A stretch of DNA of 64,000 nt, the filler included, from Asterionella formosa (taxonomy: Eukaryota), in assembly GCA_002256025.1 (NCBI GenBank). It is 16 parts of 16 records of this genome, joined end to end, with 100 filler letters (N's around TTAATTAATTAA, not from the genome) between each part and the next. Parts side by side here need not be neighbours in the genome. Positions count along the whole stretch, not along the records: positions 32,063 to 34,100 come from NKIB01000564.1; positions 34,201 to 36,238 come from NKIB01000565.1; positions 36,339 to 38,376 come from NKIB01000567.1; positions 38,477 to 40,514 come from NKIB01000568.1; positions 40,615 to 42,652 come from NKIB01000569.1; positions 42,753 to 44,789 come from NKIB01000570.1; 10 more parts are not named here. One strand, written 5' to 3'. The notes beneath the pieces were generated by a model. That model made no database searches. It worked only from the letters and a program-made list of their open reading frames with translations, and had not been told where the DNA came from. Below are positions 32,063-44,027 of this stretch, one piece after another. Position 1 is the stretch's first letter, and every line of letters starts with the position of its first letter. Position numbers and translations under genes: made by a program.

Positions 32063-35000
32063 GGTTGAAGAACTCTCGTAACTTATGAACCTTTTCTGTT
32101 GACTTTCCAAGATCCTTCGGGATCTTTATGAAGAAATTGACCATGGGATCATTAGTATGATTAGTACTGCTGCTCCTGCCTGCTAGCTCAGCATTAGACG
32201 AGACCTTCCATATCTCTGAAGATGGCTTCTTGTTCCAGATCTCAAAAGGAGGAAGATTCAAAGAGGTGCAACCTCTTCGGGCAGATATCAATGCTGTACG
32301 ATTGTCAAGCTTTCGGGGCCAGTCTATTGCTGTGCTGGGAAAGAAAGGATGCTGTCTGGGATACTTGGCGTAATCCACTAGAATTCTATTTTCAGCATGT
32401 TCGGTTGGAGGAGCCTTGGATAAACCTTGAGAATCGCCATCAAGAGTGACAGGGGGGGGGGCGACTGCTTTTGTCAGTGCCATGATTTTTGGGGAAATAA
32501 GTGGAATGAAAAATATAATGTAGAATAATTCTAGATATCATGGTATTGTGTAGCATACCAGCCAGTAATTGTCGACATCTGGTATAGTACGGAAAACACC
32601 TACCTGTAATAAATATACAGTCTTTCGGTTTATGTTTTTGACCTATCATAGGTATAATGATGATGCTCTAATTCATGATTTAGGTCGAAACTTATCTACC
32701 GGTAGGTATTCTGGCCCCAAGGTACTTGGTACCAGGTACTGGTACCTGGTACCATACTTTTACCGGTGCCTGGTACCTGGTCCTACCGGTATTCGATACT
32801 GGTGCCAGGCACCGGTCTGTATACTGTAGCTTAAATGGCATGTTTACACACCTACGATATGGATCATACCCCTAAGTCGAGCAATGACAGTATCCAAGCA
32901 TATGCAAAGTGGTTGTGATGGTGAAAGCTAATTTAACCTATAACAATTTTATTAACTTGTACCGGATGTGTGGATTGACGTACATCAAAAAAATATTTTG
33001 GGAAAAAAGGACCTCGCAATTTGTAACTGCGGGGCCGCAACCTTACCGTAGTAACAATATCCGGGATTAGCCTTCTGGTAAACAATACATTGAGTCGGCC
33101 ATGTGCGATATTTCAACAAACTCGAAAGTTTACTCAGTTTAGCCTCAGCTGTTCTTCTCATCAACCAATGCATTATTGGATGTTCCTGCATCGGTGATGA
33201 CGTTCAGCCGATACATTAAAGGGCAATCCTGCATTGTGATGACGTGTATTAGGATTTTTGGGAGGAAACAGCACCTCTCATCGAACAGATGCATTAATCT
33301 GGCCAACAGTGCACAGACTTCGCTTTTTTCTATCGTGCTCCTGTTGTTTCATTGTGCTTGCGTTTCTGTTACTTTTCAATGTCATACGGTTTCTGGCTGC
33401 CCTGCGTCATCATTTTCGATGAAAGATTCTTGTTCGCGTCATTTTGTTCCTGCCAACCGGGATCCACATTACCTGTAGCTACATACTATGTATTTTCGAG
33501 AACGATTGTTCTCATCATTTTTAGTTCCTTGTTCTAGGGACCGGGACTGTCGCACTAGCTAAGATCCCCATGATGTAGGTCTTCTTTGCGTTAGTAGCCG
33601 AATACTCTCACTATTCATACATACGATATTGGAAGCATTAGACCTACTTCTATTAATCTATACAATGAATTTCAGACAGATAGCTGGCTGATATGAATTG
33701 CACACATCAGGAGTAATTACTTGCAGTTAACTAGCTAGCTCTGAAAATCATAGTTGTGCTAGCAATAGCATAGAATCTGGAACATTAGCTTGAAACTTGC
33801 TGTGGATCAACACGCATTCTATCCACTGTATCTTTGCGTTTGTTCTTTTTAAATCATTTGCGTCATACACAGCACTCATGCCCGGAGAGGCAATACTTGA
33901 CTCCGGAGCTCCAACTACTGAACATACTTTCATTACAAAGCAGGAGAGAATGGTTCATCGGCTCCATAGCCGTGTCCTCGTTGCCCCGGCCGCCAGCCAC
34001 AAAGTGAATTAAGAATTCTTGTGCCTCTCCCATTGCTTGATGCAACTGGATGATATAAATCGACAAGAAATCCATGTTATAGAGGACTGACTGGCTAGTG
34101 NNNNNNNNNNNNNNNNNNNNNNNNNNNNNNNNNNNNNNNNNNNNTTAATTAATTAANNNNNNNNNNNNNNNNNNNNNNNNNNNNNNNNNNNNNNNNNNNN
34201 TTGTTTGCAAAACCGTCTTGAATCGTCTGCAAATAAAATCTATCATATTCCCATGATGCATCATAGGATTGTGATCATCTGATCATAATTTTTCGTTATA
34301 TCATCTAATAATTTTGATAAATGCCCTTGTAATTTAAATAGTAACCCTTTTGACTACATATATTTAATTATTATATGTATTGTTTCTATTAGATTGCTGT
34401 ATTTGAATTTTTTGGTAGGAAAATGTAGCAGCTAAAGTAATGTAATTTGGCTTGTCATTTCCATCCGTCTTCACTCCGATTTTTGCAACAACAACGAAAT
34501 ACTAGCGATGACAAGTGGAATGATTGTTTGCGATAACGACGTCTTCAATTGTTGGTCAAGTGATCATTATATCTTTGAGTAGCTAATCGTCATGTGCAGT
34601 GAACCTTTGTTCATAATCATTCAATTAAGAGTTTACAGAGAAGAAATCATTCGAACTCGTAATGGTTCCACACACAGCGCATATTGTGAATCCGTTTCGT
34701 CGACCACCAGCATCACAATCTCGCCAATCAACCCGTAAACAAACACATTCTACTTGTTCTTGTTGACATTTTAAATTCTCACATGATACTACATCTACAA
34801 TTGAGATTCAGCATAGAAGGATAAACGAAAATGTAACAGACTGCTATCCACGTAGCTACAGGTAGTTATAGTTATAGAATGATTCTGATTACAATTTCTT
34901 TTTCATATCGCTCATTTCCGCATTTGGGATGCTGTACTTGTATTCACTGTTGAACTTGTCTGGATCTTTTTACCATCACCAATAGAGCGACAAGTGGCTC

Positions 35001-36338
35001 TCTTCATTGTTGTTAGCTTCTGGAAAAGTCGGTGTCCGTGTCATCATCAATAGAGGGACAAGTATCCTTCATCATTGTGGTTTGCCGCTGGAAAATTGGT
35101 AACCATATCGTCATTCGCTCGTTGGAAGCACTGTCCGTTGCCTCAAACCTGCTTAGCATGTGTGTACATACACTGTCGACTTGTGTACATTACAGCAGTG
35201 ACTTAGCTAAAGTGCGTGTTATAATATCATACTCCGTAGTACGATGCAGAATACAGTTCCCAATCAACATTGAATGATTGATAAGATGATAATGTGATAT
35301 CACGATAGGGTTACATCGATGCATACATCACCAATATCTGATTTGTAATATTGAATGATGTTTAACACATAGCTATGATACATTGATCATGGAACTATGA
35401 TGATTTATAAAAATGTTTATGATATATTTTTAATCAAAATATGATCATGTTAAAATAATACAATGATAATAAAATAGGATAAAATATGTACACAAGCATT
35501 ATCAATACATCATAGAAGAAAGATCAATCAATCATAAAGTATATAAGTTAATATATATATTCGACTTTTAATGTATACAGTAAAAGAAAATAATTGACAT
35601 GATAATATATTATATAGTGAATAGGATCTAAGTATACGGATGCGTTGATATGTACATCACCATAATATGATTTGTGATATGGATTGTTGATGCATACTAT
35701 CACATACCGGTAACCTCCACAACCAGCCATCACGTTCATCGTCGTGTCGTTTTTCCTTGTAATATATATACTGGTATATGTATTGTGTAAACACTACCCT
35801 GGCGGAACATGCATATTGTATTGTGCTCTGTTCAACAATTACTACACTCGGTTGCCATCACACCAGTTCCACCTCCACAAGCGCCGCAAAAAGCTCCGCG
35901 CTTCCCTTCCTCTGTTTTACATCATAGTCTTCTGGCCCTTTGACAACTTTTTCATGGTTTTAATGGATTTCATAGAAAGGATCAATCAAACAAGAAACGT
36001 GACTTACTTCCGTCGTTTACACTACACGATTTTATGTTTTCGGAAAAGAAGACGAAGAAACTTATGAAATCAATCGAAGATTCCTTTGAATACACGCAAA
36101 GATCAGATGATTTTGAACAGATTCATAATACTCCAAAAAGAATAATGAAGTATGCAGATTCAATAGTGGCAGAGATTGAAATTGAAGGAAAGATTGCTTT
36201 CGAAGAGCAAGGAAACCCAAACAGTTGTTCTTTGCGGANNNNNNNNNNNNNNNNNNNNNNNNNNNNNNNNNNNNNNNNNNNNTTAATTAATTAANNNNNN
36301 NNNNNNNNNNNNNNNNNNNNNNNNNNNNNNNNNNNNNN

Positions 36339-38376
36339 TCCATCCCTTTTACTGTTGGCTTTGATGGCCCTTGGCGTTGCTTCAAGCGATGTTAGTAACA
36401 ACAATTACACCCATAGTCACTCGGGGCGCTGCATCACTGACTCTCCTGCTCCTGAAGAAACCGCTAAACTCAACAAGGAGATTGAAACGTTTGCGAATAG
36501 ACGATCGACAAATGGCTTACCCGACGCGCAAACCATCGTTATACCGACTTACTTTGTCATGTGAGTTTCCAACGTGAAATGTCTGCTACTACTACCGTAT
36601 CACTCACCTGCACCTTGTCCACTCCCAACCAAACCAAACAGATTCCAGCCTTCCAATGGCAAGCCCTCTGAAATGGATACTACCGTCGTTGATGCGCAAA
36701 TGCAAGTATTGAATGAGGACTTTGCTGCTACACCTTTCCTATTTTATTTAATGGGAACAAAATATGTTGTCAATGATGAATACTTTCTTAATATGACAAA
36801 CGCCGACTACACTGTTGGAACTCTGTACAAGGCAGGTGGACCGGAGAGTTTAATGGCGTACTTTGGCAGCAAGACCAGAGGGGGCTCTTGGTCTCGCTTT
36901 CCTGAGCTATTCAATACTGGAAATAATTTGTCAAAGTTCAATGCACCGGATGGGGTATTCATTGACATCAACACTGTCCCAGGGGGTTCTTCGTCTTGCT
37001 GCAATCTTGGAAAAACAATGACTCATGAAGTGGGCCATTGGCTTGGGTTGTACCACACATTTGAAGGCAATTCCTGTGATTCAAATAACTTGGGTGACTT
37101 TGTTGGCGATACGCCCCAGCAGGCAAGCTATAGTGCCAAGTGTCCAATTGGAAGGGACTCATGCCCTGGTCAACCTGGTATCGATCCTATTAACAACTAC
37201 ATGGATTACACCGATGATCCATGCTTGGAAGAGTTCACTGCTGGTCAGATCCAACGCATGTTCATCGTTTGGTCGCTATATCGCAAAATGAACGAACGCT
37301 GCGCATCAGACAGCATGTTACTGAAAATTGAACTAAATCTCGACCGCTATGCTGGAGAAGTAAGCTGGGAACTAAAAGGGCCCAACCTATACATAAACCC
37401 TGTGAGAAATGGCTACTTGAATTCGATCGACGGCTCCTTCAGTGGAAAAACAATTGTTCACGATATTTGCCTTCCCATTAATCAGCAGTTCACTTTCACT
37501 ATTTTTGATTCCCAAGGTGACGGACTTCAGCCTCCTGGATCGTACAAACTGTATTTGAACAACGTCGTCGTCAAGACAGGTCAATCATATGGCTTCTTCG
37601 AATCAACTAATATATCTACAACTGTTGCACCCTCATCAATAGTCACGCCAGCTCCGACTCCTGCACCAGGTTCTCCAAGCACACCAACCTTTCCTTTCCA
37701 ACTATGCTTTTCAGGAGAAACCACAGTGGTAGTGAAAGACAAAGGCACCGTATTTATGAAAGATCTACAGCTAGGCGATGAGGTTCTCGGTGCAGCTGGA
37801 GAATTCGAAACAGTTTACAGCTTTGGTCATCGTCACGAAACTGTTGAAGCTGTCTTTCTGCGGTTCCTTCCTTCCGGCATTGAAATCTCGTTCGATCACA
37901 TGCTGAAAGTTGACGGTCAGTTTATTCCTGCTTCTGATGTTACAGTTGGAGACAATCTGCAAACGTTCACCGGAGAACATGTTGCCGTTGAAGCCATTCA
38001 GACTGTTGGTCGCAACGGAGTCTACGCTCCTTTCACTGCGTCAGGAACAATAATTGTGAGCAACATCATATCTTCAAACTATATTGCCTTCCAGGGTTCC
38101 GACCATCTTGTTCTTGGAGGCTGGAGAACGCCGTTCAGTTATCAGTGGTTGGCACACGCTTCTCAAGCGCCGCATCGCGTCTGGTTCCGCATTTTTGGTG
38201 TAAGCCAGGAAACGTACGCCGAGAATGGCAAGTCCAGCTGGATTGATGGACCTCATCACTTAGGCGAATGGTGCCTTGAACAGCATGCCGCTGTGACGAC
38301 CTTATTACTGCTTCCTGTGCTCTTATGTTTACTAATCTTTTCTGGAATCGATATAATCCTCTCGTGGGTGATGTAG
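36339..38376 (+). CDS. Secreted M43 (pappalysin/ulilysin-like) zinc metalloprotease fused to a Hedgehog-type Hog (Hint + SRR-like) module and a C-terminal hydrophobic segment; 5'-partial; exons <36339-36560 and 36642-38376
   Basis: Signal-like PSLLLLALMALGVASS; propeptide RCIT; intron 36561-36641 (GTGAGT...CAG, 81 bp) joins in frame; HEVGHWLGLYH at 37024; Met-turn NYMDY; beta-rich domain; P/T linker; CFSGETTV at 37705; KDLQLGDEVL; GVYAPFTASGTIIVSNIISSNY; WLAHASQAPHR. Confidence 0.9.
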
Positions 38377-39468
38377 NNNNNNNNNNNNNNNNNNNNNNNN
38401 NNNNNNNNNNNNNNNNNNNNTTAATTAATTAANNNNNNNNNNNNNNNNNNNNNNNNNNNNNNNNNNNNNNNNNNNNATGGACAAATAAGATTGATTTATG
38501 ATGGTGCAGTGGTTGAATTTCCCAAGAGGTTACAACAATATACGACTAATCTGAGTTGAAAATTCAACCAAAAGAAGAGGAAAAATTCAACCGCCAATGC
38601 AACCGGGTTGAAATTCTTGGAGGTCAGTACCTAATTTTACCACGGTAAAATGTTGTCAATACTGTCAAGGTACCATCATGTCCCGAGTAGGACAATACCA
38701 GGGGTCTACAGAAAAATACAACTTGGGTTGAATTTTACCAATAACAGGTGGGTACTGGTACCTGGTACCAACACAGGTGTTATGAATGACTGGCCTATCA
38801 TGATATTGGCATTTGCACCACAATTGCAACACCGATTGCACCACTATTACTTAGAGAAACCAAAATTGCACCATCAGACTACTGATATATAAAATCCGTG
38901 CTACGGCCTGCACTACCGTTGTGATATTTTCTACATAGGATCACGATAAGATTCATATCAGAAATGTATTTTGTAGTAGTCAACGGCCGTTGGCTACCCG
39001 GTAAATACATGTAATGGGACATGCCGGTACTAATAAAATATTGCAAGCATTTTGTATCATATACCGGTATATAGGTTACTACCGGTAATGAATTTTTAAC
39101 TGAGGCACTCCTTGCTGATGTCATATTGTCGCTGCACCACATTGCACCACGATAGATCTACTGGTACCGGTACCAGGTAGTCTACTTTAAAAAATGAGGA
39201 AGATTCGTCAGTACCCGGAAATTCCAATTCCGTATCAGGTACCGGTAGTAACATTGGGCGAGCAGGCCTTTCAAGAACTACCAACCGTACGAATGTAGAC
39301 AGATACAGGAGCGAATTATGATCCATTGTTGCTGGCCAGTATTTTCAAACGATATGATGTCTGTACCACCAGCATGTTCCTTCCTCTATCAAAGATATCG
39401 CCTTCTTACTACATGTTCAGCCATATCATTCACCGATAACTGTATCCACAGTTTGCCCTTTTTCCAGC

Positions 39469-40146
39469 ATGAGATCTGTGCTCGGTATCTTCCTTCTCTC
39501 TGCTGTAACAGTAGCGACAGCCAGCACCTTTGATCCTGAATGGACGACGCCTAAAAAGGAAGGTGACAAGGTGCCCAACGTCATTTTCAAGACTCGAGTC
39601 CGCATCGACGATGCCACCGCCGAAAACCCGTTTGATTGGTTGGATCGGACTAGCGAAGACTACTTTAAGGGAAAGCGAACCATCGTATTTGCTCTTCCAG
39701 GAGCATTTACTCCGACGTGCAGTGTCTCGCACCTACCTGGATACAACGACATGTACGATACGATCAAAGCGCTTGGCATTGACGAGATCTATTGCCTCTC
39801 GGTCAATGACGCCTTTGTTATGCGCCAGTGGGCCCTTCATCAGGGCCTCAAGGAAGACTTGACTCCTGGTTCCATGGGATTTACTACTGTGAAGATGATT
39901 CCTGATGGAGCTGCTCTCTTTACTCGCGGTATGGGGATGAGTACCTTGTGGGACACCGAACGTGGATTTGGGGAACGATCATGGAGGTACAGTATGGTTG
40001 TCGATGACATGACGATTGAAAAGATATTTATCGAAGATGGCAAGGTCACTCAAAACTCGGGACCAGATCCTTTTGAAGTGAGTGATGCGGATACCATGAT
40101 GGCCTATCTAAAAGCAACAGCAGCCTTCAAAAAGTCCGAGCTTTAG
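39469..40146 (+). CDS. Type II (PRX5-like, Redoxin) peroxiredoxin with signal peptide and C-terminal KSEL
   Basis: VFALPGAFTPTCSVSHLPGY (peroxidatic Cys), CLSVNDAFVM, RSWRYSM and DPFEVSDADTM; hydrophobic N-terminus. Confidence 0.92.
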   Translation: MRSVLGIFLLSAVTVATASTFDPEWTTPKKEGDKVPNVIFKTRVRIDDATAENPFDWLDRTSEDYFKGKRTIVFALPGAFTPTCSVSHLPGYNDMYDTIKALGIDEIYCLSVNDAFVMRQWALHQGLKEDLTPGSMGFTTVKMIPDGAALFTRGMGMSTLWDTERGFGERSWRYSMVVDDMTIEKIFIEDGKVTQNSGPDPFEVSDADTMMAYLKATAAFKKSEL

Positions 40147-40352
40147 TCATGTGGTAGTGTCGCTTTCTGTCGCAGAGTTGCTTATCTTTGATTGGGCCAA
40201 TAATTACCATTAAATATTACTGTAGCATCAAGTTCCATTCGTTGATTTATTTCCCTCCTCAGAACATCAGTACATGTATACTGAAATCATTTGAGGAAAA
40301 GCAGAAACAATTGGCTGTGGATATGTTTGAGCCCCTAAGGCCGTTGCTAACC

Positions 40353-40410
40353 GTTGACCCAAACCAAAACCCAAAAACTTTTTTTTGGGATTGGTTTTGG
40401 TTTTGGTCAA
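40353..40410. repeat. Inverted repeat/hairpin, possibly a MITE remnant
   Basis: gttgacccaaaccaaaacc ... ggttttggttttggtcaac. Confidence 0.6.
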
Positions 40411-40614
40411 CTGACGAAAAAACGATGCTATCGGTTTTTGGGAAATCCTAAATGCTGTCAACCACCCATCTACTGTGACGTAGGATGACAAAACCATTAT
40501 AAAAAAAGTAAAATNNNNNNNNNNNNNNNNNNNNNNNNNNNNNNNNNNNNNNNNNNNNTTAATTAATTAANNNNNNNNNNNNNNNNNNNNNNNNNNNNNN
40601 NNNNNNNNNNNNNN

Positions 40615-41290
40615 ATCCCGTGTTAAAATAGCGGTGATATCCAACCTGTAATTATCCTGTAAATAACAAAAGTTATTCAGGTAATGATTGACGTAAGACA
40701 TATTCAATGTGCTGTCGCTCATAAATATATATATATATGTATATTATTAAAATCATAGCATTGTTGCTATTGTCGCACATAATTCTGTTAAGGCGATATG
40801 TTCAGCATTCTGCTGGTTTTTTATTAGGCACATCGGCCACTAACTGACCAACAGGAGGGTTCATGACCACTAAAATGTCCTCGTCTACCAAAACTGGAAC
40901 GGCCATATCCATTATGACGACCAGTCATGTGACCTGCTCGACCACCTTGAGTACGAGGATTCTGGAAACAATTGATGTTAATATATCCTTAGAAGTAAAA
41001 CAGGAAACCGGAATTGGGCCCTGATATGTATATGGAACATCATGTCCATCAATGCAGTTATATATATCCCGCGTAACATTAACCGCGGTATCCATAGTGT
41101 ATTCAACCTGTAAATAAACAATATTATTCAGGTGATGACTAACGTGAGATATACTCAACGAGTCATTATAAATAGCATCGCTATTATCGCACATACCTCT
41201 GTAATGGCGATCAGCAATCTGCTGTTGTATAGTAGGGACAAAAGTCACTATCTGGACAGCAGGAGGGTTCGTGACCACTGAAATTTCCTG
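40615..41290. repeat. Diverged tandem duplication with ~450-bp period
   Basis: atcccg...cctgtaaata...ttattcaggt.atga...gctatt.tcgcacata...caggagggttc.tgaccact.aaat occurs at 40615-40880 and 41066-41288. Confidence 0.75.
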
Positions 41291-41559
41291 GGCAGATGTA
41301 TTCTCGGTAGGATCGGCACGTGGCACGGTACCCCAACCGGATGGACGAGTATTATGACTCCATGTATTTAACATACGAGCATGTGGAACAGGCACAGGAT
41401 TCCGAACAGGAACAAGGTTAGTAGTGTTAGTAATGTTAACTCCATGAATCTTATGTTTGACCGTTGTTTCATATCCCATGCGTGGCCGGCTGCACTAAAA
41501 TGCATGTGCCCTGCCATCACCACTGAGTATAAAATTATCATGTACAAATTTACGCTTGA

Positions 41560-42652
41560 AATGGAGTTTGTATTCTTGATACATCACAGGACTGCATTTA
41601 GCAATGCGAAGACGATCTTTTGTTAAAATTGACACCAGTCACGCTTATTTTCTTGATGCGTCATGGAATTGTCTTCAACTTCAACTATTTATTTACGATT
41701 TTGTGTTAGAAAATCGACACCAGGCATGCGCGTTCTCTCGACATAACACGATTGCCTTCAACAAGCGATGCGAAGTCGATTTCGGCTTATGGTAGAACTC
41801 ATGCTTGAGGATGTGCTTGAGTTGATCTTTTAATGATTGTTGACTCTCGAAGTAAGTCAAAACCAAGCGAATCAATTATTTTGTGTTCTTTTCATTGTTC
41901 CATTCAAACACTTGTTGCCACGCATTGTTGATCAAGCAAAATGACAATCAACCTCAAATCTTCCTTGGCGGAAACCTCTTGATCTTCTGGATGAGTTATC
42001 ATGAGTTTTAGGAGCTTCTTTAAGGTCTTGAGACAGGCAGCAAAGTCGATTATAAACATGTTGAAATGTTTTATTGAGTAATATCATGGCATCCAGCCAC
42101 TGTTATTGACTCTCAGAGATATCATGAAGAAGGTAATCTTCCAGCCACATCACTATGACTTTCTTGTTGAGACTGTTATGGTGGGACTGAGCATTTGAGT
42201 GTATTGCAACGCTCATCCAGTTAGACAAGACGATATCTGTGAGCCATCTTTTGTAGCAGTAGGTGAACAAGCAAGGAATCTGCTGGACTGAAGATATATG
42301 TGTTAGCCATATCACAGGATTTACTGAAATCAATAAACAAGCTTCCCCTGAGCGTCAATTGATCATATCTTTTCTGTAAGACTCCAAATGTGGACCTGGC
42401 TTGTAAGGATACACAAAGAAGTTTGAATCTTGATGTTTAGTATGTTGTTATCCTTCATCAATGGGACCACTGGAACTTGAGAGGACATCAACAATATTAA
42501 TTCTAATTGGACTCTTTTTGAATTCAGGAAGTGGTTGATGGGTCGGTTCTGGATGAACTCTACTATAGGACAAGGCTGCCTGTAGTGAAGCGCAAAATAG
42601 CAGCGGCGGGAGTTCGACTTGCGTATACGTTGGAATTAGTTTTATCAAAGCA
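41560..42652 (-). pseudogene. Possible degraded non-LTR retrotransposon (APE endonuclease region)
   Basis: Frameshifted remnants RGSLFIDFSKSCDMANT...FTY..KRWLTDIVLSN resemble the end of an APE domain; weak. Confidence 0.25.
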
Positions 42653-44027
42653 NNNNNNNNNNNNNNNNNNNNNNNNNNNNNNNNNNNNNNNNNNNNTTAA
42701 TTAATTAANNNNNNNNNNNNNNNNNNNNNNNNNNNNNNNNNNNNNNNNNNNNTGGGGATGGCCTTTCCAGTCGAGACGCATCTGTGAAGGTTACGAGAAC
42801 TGCAAGTTTAGTCTATACATTCCTGACAATATAACCTTTTTCATGGTTTTATCCCTAGGCAAACACTCACCTCACACGCATGACGTGTCCGCGGCCCTTC
42901 TTATTACGTCCGTGGTTTCGACGCTTCACAGTCATGGTTGAATAATTTGTGCTTTTACGTAACTGCGAAATGGAAAGAAGAATGCACAATGTGAGTTGTT
43001 GGATTCAGTTTCTACCGGTGTAAATTGAGTGTGCCACATCCTCCAAATGTACCCCATCAGCGCAAAATGGCGAATAGAGTGTGAGAAGTAATTCCAAGTC
43101 GATTCTTTCTCCATCATTGCACTAGGTATTCGTTCGCTACAATATTCCATGCCCTCCCACCGTGTAATCCATCATCTGCTTTCCTAGTGTCAAGACCATG
43201 GTCAAGGCACACAGAATCAACCACACACAAACACACCTCGACAAGAGCAAATAAAAAAAGACTTGATAATAATGCTCGGTTTGCAGTGTACGCAAGTTTC
43301 TAGTATGAAATGAACAGACCAAGTAAAGAGGTAAGCTTCCGGTAAGTCAAGAGCGTGACTGATTTGAAACAGGCAGTCAGGTATTGCAATCTGTGTGATG
43401 AGCGAGAACCAATGTGAGCAAGAGTCACAGCCTAACAAGCTTTCTGTATGTTTGTCCATTTGTCCATACAAATGTGTTTGGGATGGACGTACACGACAAT
43501 TGTGAATTCAAAGTACCAGGTACTCTAGATATACTGGTACGTGTGATGGACATGTCATACAAAACCATTCCAGTCATTCTTTATGTACTGTTTCTCTGGT
43601 AATCATATTCATGTGTGAGAATTTATATAATCGGCGGTTACATAAGAAATGATTGACATTCGATTGCATATATTGCTACATAACCACCAACGAATAAGCG
43701 GCCAATGATGCATGGATTTATTACCGATACATTCACATTTCAAGGCAAACTGTCGTTTCCTTCTCATGTTGCGGTGGGGTTTGCTAGACCACTTCAACTA
43801 AAACAACAATACATTTGGTAGCCTTCGTCGCGAACCATTGCTCGTATCAGCATACCAATAGCTATTGTTGCAACAGTGAACGTGCACTTTCATAGCCTGA
43901 GCTCGTTAGTACACAGCATTCATTGATACTGTCGGACTACAGTGTGTTGTGTGGTCAACTATTCCTGCGCACCTTGGATCCACCATTCCTTTTCGGCGAC
44001 TGTACTTATCTGATCTCGTTCGCAGCA

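Noticed and set aside
32063..36238. Short ORFs on two AT-rich contigs
   Set aside because: No domain signatures; possible gene ends are truncated by gaps and cannot be assigned
37705..38082. Intein within the protease gene
   Set aside because: No terminal His-Asn followed by Cys/Ser/Thr and no split host protein; the downstream SRR-like segment marks it as Hog-type
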